64,000 nucleotides of DNA, from NCBI GenBank assembly GCA_029953675.1, contig JAMWBK010000010.1, forward strand, positions 248,001 to 312,000. Direction: 5' to 3'. The notes beneath the pieces are model-generated. The model was not told the DNA's origin. It saw only the letters and a list, made by a program, of their open reading frames with translations, and searched no databases. Below are positions 38,241 through 55,400 of this stretch, piece after piece; position 1 is the first letter of the stretch; each line of letters begins with the position of its first letter. Both the position numbers and the translations under genes were made by a program. The DNA is from Rhodosorus marinus CCMP1338. Its lineage: Eukaryota > Plantae > Rhodophyta.

Positions 38241-40062
38241 TCACCTACTGTTCAGTTTGGCAGAGTCGGAAAGTCCAAACACTTCCTTATATATTGACGT
38301 CGACGCAGGAATAGGTTTCGCGAATCTCTTTAGATCGGGTTGCCAGGAGCTAATCCGATCGGACATTGCGTCAAGTCCGTGTTTGCGGACTGAAGGCTCT
38401 GCAGTCGAGGACTGCGCACCCAATCCTTCGAAGAAGAGCATCCTGTTCTTTATCTTCAATGGGATCATAGGCGGGTTGCGGTCTTCCTCGAGGTCAGGGA
38501 GAGGATGCTGTAGCTCGTCCTCGTCCGCGCTCCAGGCAATGTCCGACGGCTTCGATGACGCGTTGGAGTCGAGAACAAGTTTTCCGTGCCGATTCAGCTG
38601 CTGCAGTTTAGGTAGGTACATATCGTTTTTTATGTTGCTACTGCCCTCCTGATGAACATTCTGGACATGAACGACTCGATGATCGTCGGCTTTTTCGAGA
38701 TCGAGCGTGGTGGTCAACCCCGCCTTCCGATCCCGCAATTCCTGCGCGATCTTCATCGGTGCTTGTGCGTCATAAAGGGCGAACAGCTTATCCGCTTCCG
38801 TGGCAGTTCCTCCACGACTGCTATGAAAGTATCTCGACTTTGAGTACTTTTCCCAAAACTCCTCGCCTGTCATCTTCTTTGGAACGTTGTCCCTGAATGC
38901 GAGCTCAATATTCGGGTGCTGGGCAAAGATCTTGTTCCGCGTAGCCGCAGTGAGAACGAATCTGTGCCCGGTTCCAGACGACTCCGCAGTGCTGGATGTT
39001 GGGTCTTCCCAGGCAGTGGGAAACCCTCGCTTGACCTCCTTTCTTTTGACAGAAGCCTGGGCTTTAACAGGGTCGTCATCTTCGAGCCTATAACGAATGA
39101 ATTCCCAAAACTTTGAATCCCGAACGAGCCCCTGCCCAACGAGTTTCTTGTGTAGTTGATTGATGTCAGATCTTTTGTTCAAAACTTCCATTCGACGTTC
39201 GTACTCTTGCGCGCTCAAGTTTCCTATTCCAATAACCGATTGAAACCTCCAGTGTAAAGGACGTGCGTCTCTCGATCCTTCCGCTCCCGAAGTTTGCACT
39301 CACCTTCCAGAGGTACGATCGGTCCCACGGGAGCTGCTGGGGCTGGTGCGGATGGAGCAAGCTTTGCTTCCTCCGCAGCTTTTGCCCTCTCAGATTCGTC
39401 GATCTGCTTCTGCTTGTAGCTCTTTCGAAGGCCCTGGACGGCATCATCGACAGCTAATCTTTCCGAGAAATCTGCTCTTCCAGTTTTCGTCACGAACTCA
39501 AGAGTAAGCTTCCCATTGCTGTGTTCAATTCTAATCATCGCCTGTGGTTCAAAAGGGCGATTTCCCACATCCCAATTCCAACCCAGTGAGCCTCCTTGGC
39601 ATCCTCAAGAGCACGAGAAAAACGCATACCAAAGAAATCTAATACCGCTGAGTAACAGAACTCACCCTAGAAGTTCCATCGGGAGTCTTCTTTACTTGAG
39701 TGATCTGCGAAACATCAATCTTCTTTCTCGTTTGGCTCTAAACGGTACAAACGGTCCCCCCAAAAAAGCACAACCCACAGAAGTGGAAAACAAATTAGCA
39801 CTAATCGATCTTCAGCACGTCTAAGCCGCTCAAACTTACCCCGGGCTTGTCAGGAAACCAAGTAATCGTATCATCCTTAACACTCACATACCCATCTACC
39901 CCCTCACATTTAGCTTTCCTAGTTAAACTTGAACTCATTACAAAACACACAGAGGAAAGGAAAGGTCACCTCTTGACTCTTGCTTTACTTCTTTGCAGAT
40001 CTCTCAGAATGAAGCTTCAGCTTTCCCTTCAAAAAGCCTCCTTCACCTCTCTCCTCCATCAT
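38241..40062 (-). CDS. TFB1: TFIIH p62 subunit (PH domain plus two BSD domains); 3' end uncertain
   Basis: PH-like exons (GVDGYVSVKDDTITWFPDK, DVSQITQVKKTP), BSD1 INQLHKKLVGQGLVRDSKFWE and BSD2 KIFAQHPNIELAFRDNVPKKMTGEEFWEKYSKSRYFH. Confidence 0.78.
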
Positions 40063-41545
40063 CCCCAAAACTCTGTCACAAGACAAGAGGAAAAGTCTCG
40101 TCACCGCAGTAGCGAAGGTGAACTGGTAGGCGTCAGATTCATATCAGAACGGAAAGTAAGAGGCCATGAAGAGGAGTTTTTGGAAACGCATTTTTGTATA
40201 CTAATCCTTCAGAAGTACATGCACGGAAGTCTGTAATCATGTTTGGGAGAGGAAGAGCTAGAAGTATCGGTCTCTCGCGGGTCGTTATGTAATGATTTTG
40301 GGGATATGTTTTTGTCGCCGTATTCGCAGGGGTGGTATGCGTTGCAGAACGACTATTGGGAATTTTAGCTGTTCTTCCACAGATGGAGCCATCGAATACG
40401 AGAGATGCGTCAAAACAGGCGGCTGCCCGCACCCAGAGATCTCGGTGAAAAAATAGCTCACTGACGGATACACTGCTGTGATGAGCCCTTTCTGTGGAAT
40501 TTCTTTGGATGAACTGTTGACAAGGACACTTCACACGATTCTCCAAACGATATAGTACAAACAGTGCGTCTTCCTCCAATGCAATACCATGCCCAATACT
40601 CCCTCATTCTGAACACCATAGTACGCGCTCGTACTGTGGCGCATCAGACGCTTGAAGTGAAGGCTGGTACGAGCATAGTGAGAAAATATCTGAATTGGTA
40701 GCTTTTTTGGATCTGCTGCTTCCTTGCCGGCCTTCCTACCTCAGTCACCGAACAAGGACCAAACCTTCATCGTCAAGACGATCTTCTAGACCTACGCTAT
40801 TCTCTACCTGATAACTTCTGTCTCACATCCAAAACGCACCATCGACCGGTGAAGGGTATAATGAAAGTAGAGTAGAGTACTTGATAGCCGAGAAAGAATC
40901 GCGACATGAGCGAAAATTGAGCATTCGCATCAAGAAGTGACCCGCTGACAACCGTTGACACACTTCCGTGCACGATGGAAGCCGAGAACAACAGAGTTGA
41001 GGGAGAAGGAACAAACGTTCAACCAAGTCACAAACGTGAAAGGTTACAGTGGTGAAGGTAGGAACCAAAACAGAGGTTACAGCACCGGTAGTCCCCAGTT
41101 GCTGGCCAATGCAATGTCGCGCAATCTCGTCTGTCTACGCAACACATGCTCCCGTGGGGTCCAGTCTACAAATCCGCTGAAGGGGATGCTTCCCTTCTAC
41201 CCATCGTTTAGCTCTATCTTAAGTGCTACAGCCTTTTGCTGACAATACTGCTCTGTGGAAATCGATATTCTCCTGCACGAAGAGTTTGAGCTAGCTCAAT
41301 GTGAAAAGCCTCCCAGAGGCGAGGGTTTTCGTTAGTACCGCCTTGTGCATTAGTACGCGACGTGTACTATTTTTGTCCCGCACGGTGTCAGTTGGATTAG
41401 TTTGGGAGCAGTGCGGATGGTGGGGTGATCTTTGCAATGATCGGTGGATGTGTCGGTGTGAGTTGGAGAGGAGAGGAAAGGATTGGTACGGTTAGGGTAC
41501 GAGTACTTTATTTTCTTGTATGTGTTTTGTATTATTGTGAGAAAG

Positions 41546-43153
41546 ATGAGTTCGCAGAGCTACGTGCTTGGGTATCCTTTGTATGCTGTTGAAGGCTGTG
41601 GGGATGATCGGGTTCTGCTTGGGGGTGGAGGTGGGACATTGAAGAGCGGTGTTCGGAATGAATTGGTTCGTTGGCTTATTATCACGAGAAAAGCGTTTTG
41701 TTTCTGTTTTTCAGTCGAATTGGGTTTTGACTTTCTAGTTTGGTGGTTTTGACGTTTGTGTTTTCGTCTAGGGTTGCTATTCGGTCGCTGGGAATGGAAT
41801 GACTGCGCCCCGATCCACGTTGCCTACAAAAGATGCTGTAACAGCGATGTCGCTGAGCGAGAAAGTATTAGCTCGTGAAGTTCTTCTATCAATACTATTG
41901 TTCAGATTTCTCAATCCGGCTTTTATTCTCCGTGCTCGAATCGCTTGGTTTTCCTCAAAGGATGGATGGATCGCGACAGTTATTGGAGAAGAAGTCAGAA
42001 CGTTCACCTACAGAAACACGCTTCTCACGAGGTAAGCAGGACGAGAACTTGTTTTTCAGCAGCCGCAGAGGCCTAAAGGGTGAAACCCCCACCTCGCGTC
42101 CGCGTAGTATTGTTCCAATGGATGAAGGCTTGCCGAAAGGGGAAAGCGCGCCGGTGAGCAGCACTGTACAGTTAAGGCGACTGATTTTTTTTGTTTACCG
42201 CTCCGATTCAACTGCTGAAGTGTGTCCCTCGCTGAATATCTAGTCAACAGTAAAGTTCTCAGCGAAGGGGTCGCGACTCGTCGTTGGATTCGAGGACGGT
42301 TCGGTCAGAGTCTACAACTTTCCCAGCTTCAGTGAAATCTGCAGTTTCTCGGGTCACTCGCATGGCGTTGTCGAGGTGGATACAAGCGAGAGTGGCAAGC
42401 TTGCCGTGTCGACGTCAAAGAGCACATGCTTCGTTTGGGATGCTTCATCTGGACAGAGTGCTTTCGAAATCAAGGTATCGTTGCCAGCATGCGAACTATT
42501 TTAGATACCGAAAGTTTTCAACGCTCACGAAAGCTTGTTCACTATCCTTAGACGAAGGCCAAGAAAGCACATATTCGAAGCGTCGCATTCACGAAATCAG
42601 GCGAGCCGGCTCCAGTGAGCTTTGTCGTAACAGTTGAGAACGAAAACAAAGTGGGCGGATTTGTGTCAACATGGAATGAATCCGGCGAGAAGAAATTCTT
42701 CGTCAAGGTCATGAAGGAGCAGATTACGGCAATGACAATTTCAGAAAGTGAGCATCCTGTTCCATCACTCCCCTGAGAGCATTGGTAGCTGTACTGGGCG
42801 TCTCATTTTGTGTTTGCCCGCATGACAAACGTCTAGGTAATCTTGTCGCTTGCGGTGGATCAGAGGGGAACGTTTCCGTCTTGAGGATGGATACAAGTGG
42901 GCAGCTCTCGCACTGCTATAGAACCCGAAGTCCGTTCCATATTCTTGCAGTAACGTCTCTGTCATTTACAACCCCTTCCAGAGATCTGGTCAGCGTGTCG
43001 GCGGACTCTACGATGAAATGCTATGCGGCGAAGGCAGTCGAGTCGGAACCAGCATTCAATCTGGTTGTCCTACTCTTAATGCTTCTCCTATTGATTTCTT
43101 TTGTCCTGGGGATCTACATTCCTTACGCCCAGCACGCTTCGCAAAACCCATAG
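41546..43153 (+). CDS. SEC12: SEC12/PREB-like Sar1 GEF (WD40 propeller with C-terminal TM anchor)
   Basis: N-terminal GYPLYAV...VLLGGGGGTLKSGVRNEL (Sec12 K-loop signature), WD-like exons (VACGGSEGNVSV, LVSVSADSTMKCY) and a hydrophobic C-terminal segment. Confidence 0.82.
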
Positions 43154-43298
43154 CTTTGTATTAACTGGGACCCAAGATCAAAAGTAACTGTTTATACAAA
43201 TAGAGGGTACAGCCTTCGAGAGGAGGCACTCCTTTCGCATGACTGAGAGGCGCAGGATCTAACCGCTGATAGAGTAACCCCAAAGTTCTTAACGCTGT

Positions 43299-44995
43299 TC
43301 ACATCGTCGTTGTAGAATCGTGCGAGCCAGCTCGGCCGCCTTGCCAGGTAATGGAGACTTCATTCCGCTCGTCGTTGAAGACTGTCCCGAACGGTCTCTT
43401 AATCTCCTTGGAAGTGAACGCAACTAGTTTGTGCCTAGCCGCGGTAAAGTTGTTCGCAACAAAGTACAGGGGCTGGTACTTCGAACCCGTACCAAAATGG
43501 AAAGAACTCAAAGTCAGCTTCAAATCCATATCGGACGGTCAAATGCAACAAACAGCTCACTTTTGTAATGGGATAATCGGTCTGGCTCGCGACCATTGGA
43601 TCCCAATCCACAAGGGTCCGCGCCTCAGACCCCATAATCGCGTGCTCAATCTCGCCATACGATGAGAGAACACCCGCGCCATAAGCTTTGACCTGTCCAT
43701 CTTGTCTACATAGCCCGAACTCTACCGTAAACCAGTAGCAGCGAGCTAGCCTCTCTATGTCATCATCTGATGCACCAAGTGAAGCCAACCCGATCTCCTG
43801 AGAGAAAGCAGCAAAACCAGGATCGCAGAGCATCGGGATATGACCTGGAGAATCAGCGCATTCAGTACTGCAGCGCCCTTCTCTGTCGCCTTATGAAAGT
43901 TCAATTTGCAAACGTACCCAAGACTTCATGGCAAATATCAGGTTCCGGTGTGTAGAGTGGCTGGTCGTGATGTCGTATGTACTGTGTTGAGTGGAAGACT
44001 TTGACCGCCAAGGCGTTCAGGAAGTTTCTCGGGGATACCAGGCCAGAAACCTTGGCAACATACCAATAAGAGCTGATTCAGTTCTTCGTTTCGATGGTCG
44101 TTGATTGATGCACGGTGGGGTAGCAGATTATACACTTGCGCACCGGTCTTATTCTCCAGCCCGTTCTATCGTTCAAATAATCATCGAGAGTCTGGAGTTG
44201 AGGAATGTGGTCCGCCTTCATGATACCGGCCGTTTCCATTGCAGAAAACGCGTTCAGGAACTCTCTGCAAGCATGCTTGTTCCTGAGCGGCTCCATCGTT
44301 TCGTAAATCGTCTTCCACGTGGAGGTCTCGCTCTGAACATAATTGACTTTGGGAATCTTCATTCCCAATCGATAGCTTTTATCAGCCTGCGCAATTAGAG
44401 ACCGTCTCTTCCGATACTCCTTGTCCAGAAATCCTGGATGGTCTGCCTCCAGCTCCTCACCAAACTGAGTCATACGCATTGAAGTTACATAATATAAGAC
44501 ATATGTCTCTTGATTCCTCCTGCGCTATGATATTCACCAACCTGCATTGTTTGTCCTTCTATTCGCTCAAGATCCTTTTGTGTCCTCGGAAACCATGGAA
44601 CGCCGGTTAGTTCGACCGCTGAAGGCGACTTCCTCAAATTCTCTAATGTATTGTTGACAGGCTCTTCTGTCCCGGCGCAGAACTCGAGGTGAATGTTGGC
44701 CATTTGCTGCGCATCGTCCGCTAACGGTATCGACTCAATTCTTGTCAGGTTAACTCGATCAATGGATCTGAGCAGGTCCCTCAGGGCACCTGAAGGGAAT
44801 CAAGGACGTAAATCAAAAGTGAGACGGACATCATAACACTTCCATTCGCTAGCAAGGTGCTCAAGCAATACCCGGATCATTTGGTACAGAGACCACGGCA
44901 CCAGCTCGAACCATGCTCTCCGCTAGCGTACTCGAACTTCGATCGAAGGTACGCCGAAGCAATCCTCCAGAACGTTGAAAAGCGCCTCTCAACAT
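43299..44995 (-). CDS. PAH: Pterin-dependent aromatic amino acid hydroxylase (phenylalanine 4-hydroxylase-like) with ACT domain
   Basis: ACT segment [23 protein letters not shown]; VPWFPRT; [14 protein letters not shown]; FHSTQYIRH; [14 protein letters not shown] (Fe His ligands); [10 protein letters not shown] (Fe Glu); [13 protein letters not shown]; YQPLYFVA. Confidence 0.92.
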
Positions 44996-47900
44996 GTTGT
45001 CAGATTGTTTTCATGAGAACACTAAAGAGAACAATAGTTACTCTAACACTTCTATCACCTAGTCATGTTTCTCTTCACTGAGCCAAGTCACCCCCAAAGC
45101 TTCTCCACATGGGTCCCCTCTCGCGGCGTTTAGTAAACAACTGAAACCCTCCCGAGGCCAACTGCCCTAACAGATTGATCAATATCTGTCAGGGGGAGGA
45201 ATGAAGGTACCGGCAACCATTCATAAACATCTATTTTATTTTCAAATTAAATTATTTTGCATCCAATCCATACAGGTTACCCCTGGATTTTTCGTCTCCC
45301 GAAAACAAAGTTCCACATTTTGTTCAGCATTTTCCCACAGCAGAAAAGCCCTGCCTTGGCCCTGAATTATGTTCCAAAATTCAAAGAGCAAATCTAAGTT
45401 ACGTGGAAGAATAATTGACATATATCGTATAGGGGGGTACGTTGATCTTTAGCACTGTTCCATTTACCTCGATATTTCATCATAAATAAGGTAAATCCGC
45501 CTGAAAAACGTGACAAATACCCCTTAATCCCACGGGATGGCTTAGAAAAATGCAAGTTTGAGCGATACTTGATAATTGTACTATAATACATGTCTTAGCA
45601 AGATGAATTACGTTTAAATAATTCGCACGTGGGCGATGCGTGCTTATTCAGTTTTTAAAAAAACAAAAATTTATTGCTGGTGGCAAAAATCCTTAGTAGG
45701 CCAAGTCCTAGAAATACTCGTTTTTGTACGCAATGAGTAAAAAAAAAAGTGTTTTGTATGGATTTGATCGGTTTTTAAGAGATACGAGGTGGCTTGGAAG
45801 CGGGAGGAAAGGATGTACCTTGATAGGTGGAGTATGGAGTGTTCAACGGACCATTGGAGACAGATACAAGAGCATCAGTGCCACATTGCTCGGCCTGATT
45901 TGATCCGTTCTTCAATTTATTTTTTTTGTTTTGCGATGTGGGGATGGTCTTGGTGCACAGCGGCTTAGCCCGGCCCTGTTCAGGTAACAGTGACTAGATG
46001 CAAAGTCGGAAAATGTTCGGGCTGCTGCTCCGACTTTCCGGCACAAGGTCTTGTCATTCTTGTGCCTAAGGAGACGACGCCCTGTTGTGGGTTTGGTTTT
46101 CGAAGTGAAATTCTCTTTTCATCGTCCTCTCGATCAGTCGCGGAGGGGGTTAGAGTGGACTCTTGAGAAGTGCGCTGACTGCTAAGTTGTCGAAAGTTTG
46201 CTGCTGGCCTCAATATTCGGTCTGCAACTTCGCTTGGAGTTCAATGCGTGTCGCTTAAGACCATGCTCGTCTGGCGAGGAACACCAACGGGGCACATTGG
46301 CCTCGCCGGGACTCCCAGTAGACCTCATCCTTCGGCGAATTTCTGATCGCCTAATTGACTGAAGGACTAGGCACGCGTTGTAGATGCAGACAAACCAAAC
46401 AATCGCATGATCGAGTCCTTAAATACAAGCACATCGACAGGCGCAACTCAGAAGTAACGAATCGGACTATTCATTCTGTATTCCTTTCGAGTCTCGATGT
46501 TTCAAGCTCACAAATCTGGGTAACCTTTGAAAAACCTAGGAGCATTATCCACCGTCCGAGAATGGTCGGGTGCAAGGCTAGTAGTCTTGGCCTAAGCGTG
46601 ATACAGTCCACCTAGAAATGGTTGCTGACTAATACTCAGAAGTGAGGAAAAGTAAAGACTACCGCTTAGGCTTCCTCAGGGTCTGGTGAGAAACCTCTTC
46701 CTGGACTAGACAATACTATTGTGTGTAGCATCCCTTACCCACCTCCACGGTCAGTTTCAATGGACCATATCCAAGCTGATGTATATAATATTATTATTGA
46801 TATTATGAATAAAGGTGAAAAGAATTCCTCACCCGCGCGCGGACAGATGTCGGGAGTATCTAGCATTTCCGAACCTCGCCGAACCAGGTTGTGGAATTCC
46901 ATGTTTTTTGCGCACCACCTCAAAAACGCATTCTCCGCGTTATCTATGGCGAGCAATCGACTATGCGCTGGAAGAAAAAAGCCCACCTTGGGTTGGGACC
47001 GGTTTTGATTTATTGGGGGATTGAATGATTGGCTTATAAGTAAACTAACGGTCACTTATTGGATAAACGAAAAATGATTAAATTGTATATGTAAGTATTT
47101 TGTACTTAAGCCTTTTTATACACATATTCTATATATTATCACCAATAACAAGGATTCCATATTCTTAAGGGTTTATGAATGGTAGATTTGAACACGAAGC
47201 CTCTTCTATTGGCCCTAAACTTTACATATATTTTTGTTAATTATATCAATATAGTATGGGGGAATCGATGGAGAGTTTAGAAATGGGAACGCGGACGGAT
47301 GGCAGGGGTTGACACTAAGCTCCTAGTAGGAATGAGATTAATGAAAAGACTGCGCGGTCCATTCATCGTGAAAAGAGGGGATCGTGAGATTATGGCAGCC
47401 CCGCTCCGTTACAGATTGGCAGGAGAAAGGACAACGGAGTCCGTCACAGCTTCAGGATGCCAAGCCAGCAGCATCCTAAGTACCTCATCACCCACGTTAC
47501 ATCGTCTCAAATACTGTCTGACGAGGATTGAACACCTTGTAAAATCGTGCCCGCGGGTTTCAACTGGGCTACTAGGGACGGTTGCACAGCTGAAGGGGGG
47601 AAGCACCTCACGAACTACCCCCTGATAAACGGAAAGAGGTGCAAGCATCATCTTTGACATGGTAGAAAACTCACCTGCTATCAGCGGCGACGAAGTAGCG
47701 GAAGAACTAAGCGCGCATCTCACTTCAGATAAAACCGGCGGTAACATCGGACAACGCCGGCAACGTGAGAAAGGTTAGAACTCTCTTAAGCGAGAGAGCA
47801 GAAAACAATGCGCGCTTATTGCTTCCGCTATTTCGTCGCGGTAATACAAGTGAGTTTTCTACAATGTCACAATTAATAAGATCCCCAATTTGCTGCTTGA

Positions 47901-49526
47901 ACCCTTTTCTCAGCTATCTCTCTTACGGATCCTGCTGTTGTGTGTTTCCTTGTTACCCTCCCGCGCTCCCTCAACACGAAAACAGTCCGTTAACAACGCT
48001 TTCAAGGGAGGCCAGGAAACAAAATTTTATCCCCCCCCGGATTACGTGAAAATTTTTCGCCTCATCTAGCCAAAAGTTCAACGGACGCGTCACCAGAAGC
48101 GCCTATTCCATAGGGGAATTCATCACTAAACCCCTGGACACCACCCTGGTTTCCGGATTTCCCAGTTTAAGGACGGTGAATATCGGAAAACCCGATGCAC
48201 TTGGCCCAACCCCGTACTACCCTAATGCGAATACAGTTGTATTGTAATTTATCAATGAGATTTCTTTCCCTGAGCGAAATGCTTTGCGTGTACCTTCATT
48301 TGCTTCGAAACATTCTCATTTTGTCGGGGAGCAACCGAAATCAGCTGTGGAAGAGTGCTCGGGTCAAGTTCAGAAAGGCAAAAGTGCTTCTCCTCGACTC
48401 TGCTTGACGTGGAATTGGGCACGAGGGAGCACAGGGTGATGCCATCGAATGCATCTGTTTGCGGATGCGGGGGGGGAGGGGAGGGAAGGGCTTATATTGA
48501 GCGACCCAATCCTCTTTTTTGTGATCTCTGAGACACTCGAAAATTTCTTGTTTCTCATATCCACGAGAGCCTTGCCGTACGTCCTGACCCAAAGTTCACG
48601 GGTAACTGCTTTTCTCCTCCGACCGAGCGCAAGGGTACTCTCGCTCTGCAGATCACAACGCACAATCCGATCGGTAGTGCGTACTAGAACACAGCGAAAT
48701 TTGGCATGTAGATCCTAATGCATTTCCGTACCTCGTTCCCAACACTGCTATTCCTGCCCACTGTACTGGCCCATCCGATCGCATCCTCGAGCACCCCCTT
48801 CCTCCGCATTGCGGGCCGCAATGGATCAGTCAATATAATCACAAAACATATTAAATATTCCATGTCAATCATTTAAAAGAAACCCTGAATAATCTGTTTG
48901 ACTTCGGAAGAATCTAGAAAAAATTTGTGGATATTTTCAACGTGCACGTCGGATTCCTGTTTAATATGGGAGCCCCGAAAGCAGTTCCGGTCTTTAAAAG
49001 TTTTTATTTTATTTATAATCGTGCAAAAAGCTTCAATGTCCCCGGGGGGGGCAGCGATTGATCAAGGTTCGAACTATCTCTACAGGGTTTTCGAAAGGGT
49101 CTCAGAGGCAGAGGGAGGAAAAAAATCTAGAGGACGGGAAAAAAGTTTCATTTGTTTTGTTTATGAGTATCATTTGCCGTCTAGATTCTTGCCGATGGGA
49201 AATTTAAAACTGCAAGGGGGGGGGGGGAGGAAAGCGGGTACATTTATTTGTCGAAAATATGTACATGAAGTATTTTAATTTTTCTTTCATAATTCAAGGT
49301 ACATGGTCGGATCGACAGATGACATCCATTGCAACAGATGAGACTAAGATGGACTGAGGAGTCTCCTGTCGCAATCAGAGACTATCTGAGATAGTTGGAA
49401 TATAAGGGTTTCGGTCGTAGTCAATGTGTGCTTTGAGGTTTGGTGAGAAGGGAGAGGTGGGAGGGGGGCCTGCATTGTTTTTTTTTAGATTGGAAGTTTT
49501 TGGATTTTGCAAATCTCTGAGGAAAG

Positions 49527-52206
<2,680 letters not shown>

Positions 52207-52400
52207 TGCTCCGTTTTCTACTGTCCTTTGACCCTCGTTGTATTAATTGCTGAATTCTGCTCTGGCAGGGATCGCTGAAGAGGCTTCCTCTACTCAGCGA
52301 GTTGTAGACACCATCCTTATGCCATCCTTATGTCAGGAGTACTAAAGGTGAAAGATATGGTACACGGCTTTACGCAGGAGCATGCTCGCGACGGAATCCA

Positions 52401-55400
52401 TTACGCGAACTGCACCCGTCTCGGGGCCTCAACTACTGTCGCACGCTGACCACTAGGTTTGCCCTCCTTGATCAGCTTGAGGGACATCAGAATATTCTTC
52501 CTCTTTTTTTCCTCTGCTTTCTTCTTCTGCTTTTCCATCGGAGGTTCCTTCTCACTAGCAGTGCTGTTCTCTGAGTCCACCTTTTCCGGGTCTTCCATAA
52601 ACGATTCTATGGTCTCGTTGACAACGAGCTTCTCTACCTCGACTGTAGTTTTGGCACCAAGTCTATGCGCTCGAGAAATCACTTGTAGCTCCATAGCACG
52701 ATCCCAGATTGGCTCCATGATGAACATATACTTAACAAAGCTCAGGTCGTGCCCAAGAGCGCTTGCCACATCCTAAGGAAGCGCGAGAGTTGAGTCGCAA
52801 GATATCTAGCAGAATAAAAGGTGCGACGGCAATTTCGTATTACCATAAGCAGAAGAGGGCGGTTCACTTTCCTTCGAAAGCACTGCATGGCAAGATCCTT
52901 TTTCGCCTTGTGCGTGGGTGCGTAGTATTCCAAGGCTTCGGGAGCTGTTTCGTAAGAGCAGAAACAAGAATAGGCCCTTTTTAACTCCCGCGGGAAAGTG
53001 AACCAATGTGAAATAGTACGGTGCTGGCCCAAACCTGGAGTCAGGAACCGCTTTTCCGCGTCGGACATTTCCGGGACAGTCGAGGAGAAGAACTCCTCCA
53101 GCAGCGGTGCAGTCTGTTCTCGAATCATTTCCAGATGCTCAAGGTAGTGGGAAAATATAATAACCTTGTGAAAAACTCTGCGATACGCTCCATCTCTCCA
53201 GACTCTGCACACGGAATAATTGCAAAAAAACACACGTGAGCCTCAAGAGCCCATCCGGGAATCAAAGAGAGCTCATTCTTATATGTGCTGCTCAATGTCC
53301 GCTTCAATGCGAGATGGGTTCACTTACTTGACGCTAAAGATCTCCCGCAGGCGTTCCAAAAGATAGGAAATTTTGGCTGACGCAGTGATGTTATAAGTTC
53401 GTTTCCAGTGTGACTAGGACCACAAAAGATGATAGTGTTCAGCCCCAAGAAGTTGAGTTCTTCGAAAATGGACCGGAAAACTACCTGGTTGTATGACGGC
53501 TGCATTTCAATCAGCTTCTCCGGATATCCCATAGAATCGAGGTCGTACAATCTACCGCATTGCGTGCACTTGGTCCGATTCTTCTCCGTACATTCGGCAC
53601 ACATCAGGTGTGCACATGGGGTTAATATAAGACATCGTGAAAAGTACCCACAAACGCAGCAGTTGTAACCATCGATTAGCCTCGATGCTATTTTACCCAG
53701 TTGACCGGTAACCACGCTGTCGGCAATTCGGACCTGGTATACCAGAAAGAATGAAAACATCAGTACGGACTTCGAAACAATCTCTCCATGTCGGCTGGGA
53801 AGACCTTGCCGATCTGTTCCTTACCCCAGATCCTAGGATGGTTGGAGAAGGTGCAACATACAAGACCCCTGGTATGTCAGGATTGACGTCGACCTCTATC
53901 GCGTGGACTGCCCCATCCACTTCCACGTCGATTTCACTAAGCGCGTGAAGTAGCTCCTTCTCATTAATCCTCAGGTCGATGTGGCCGGCAAGGCAACAGG
54001 ACTTTCGCAAGTTGGTAAGGGCTTCACGGCACTGCTTGGCATTTTGCGGCCGAATAAGCGAGTGCGTCTTATCATGATTGAAATTCTCTGCTAGCAGGAG
54101 GTTTCTCTGTACAATTTCAACCACTTCGTTGTACTGGTTCGCGGCATAAGCGGTAAGGTTGAGTTTCTTGGTCCTCACCACCAGGTCCGGAATCGCAGCT
54201 ATCTTGTCCTTCTCGTTTCTAATCATGACCCTTCGCAGGAGCTCTCGGAGACGATCAGCACCATTTGGCTGCAAGCGCACCAGGGACAGACTCCGTTAGT
54301 TGCACGCAGAAAATTCACAAGAGGTTTGCACTTGATCGCAGATTGCTTACGATGTAAGCTTCGTAAGGTCTCTGGATTCCAGCATCCCAAACCTTGGAAG
54401 AACTCCCGTAAACGGGATCCTTGATAAAGGTTAGAAGAGGGAAAAGATGTCTCACGTCCGAATTTGGTGTGCTTGGCGTCGGCGTCCCTGTCATAACCCA
54501 TCTTCGATCTGCCCGCAAGGAATTGCATACGGTCCTGGGAAACCATGATTGATCGACGTTTGATCATGAGGAGGCTGCTTGGTTCCACAACAGAAGCAAA
54601 GAACGGGCAAAACAAGTGTAGGAACGATCTAGTCGCTTACTTGAGATCCGTGGGCCCTATCGAACCTAGCTTATGTCCTTCATCAAGAATGATTCTCAGC
54701 CAGTGAACTCGGAGAAGTTGGGAATCTCCAGTCCGCATTTTCTGATACTCAATAGAAAGTCGATTGAAAGTAGTCACGACCAGGTCCATCTCCGCAAGTA
54801 AAGAAGCCGGGTACTTGGCGGTGTTGCCCGAAATTAACAAAGCCTGGAAAGGGCCGGGGCGGATGTGAAGTTCCTGTTCAATGGAGTGATTTGCGGATGA
54901 TTTTGTTAGGAAAAATTGATTTTTCACGATGAAGAGGAGGATCTTCCAACCAGTCTTGACGTCACCTTTTTCAAGAGAAAGATTTCTCACTTACCATTTG
55001 ATTTCTCCAATGGTCAACAAGAGTTGACGGCACAACTACTAGAGTTGCTTTCGATGTATAAACGCCGTGATTGCCCAAATTAGTGTTCGTCGGTGAAGGA
55101 AGAGTTGACGGGCCTCTACCGCCGTAAAAGTCTGGTCTCGATACCCTTCTCTTTTTTGGTGTGACAAGTTCGTCATCAGTCTATGGACAACGATAACCTC
55201 GGAGTTCAGCGGCTTCCGGGGAAGACGATAGGTTCCAAGTTTTACGAAATTCTTCTAGCTCCAGAGCTGCTTACCGAAGCTCTCCTCCTGCTCCTCGGAG
55301 TACTTCGATGAACGCCGATGGCCTCAAACCGTTGTGATTCTACTCGGTCAATATCTTCCATGGTCATGTACGTTCCATCATCGAGTATCCTCGAGCTTTG

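Noticed and set aside
47409-47747. 112-aa ATG ORF and neighbouring ORFs at 48341-48872
   Set aside because: No recognisable motif or consistent exon chain; they may be real genes but cannot be supported from sequence alone.
52311-52332. 11-bp tandem repeat ccatccttatg x2 (also the 12-bp ctgccaaaattc x2 at 56638-56661)
   Set aside because: Short slippage-type duplications in UTR or intergenic DNA with no further structure.
54223-54615. 130-aa ORF MFCPFFASVVEP… and its copy at 59970-60374
   Set aside because: An alternative frame across SNF2 exons and introns; the RWVMTGTP frame is the real one.
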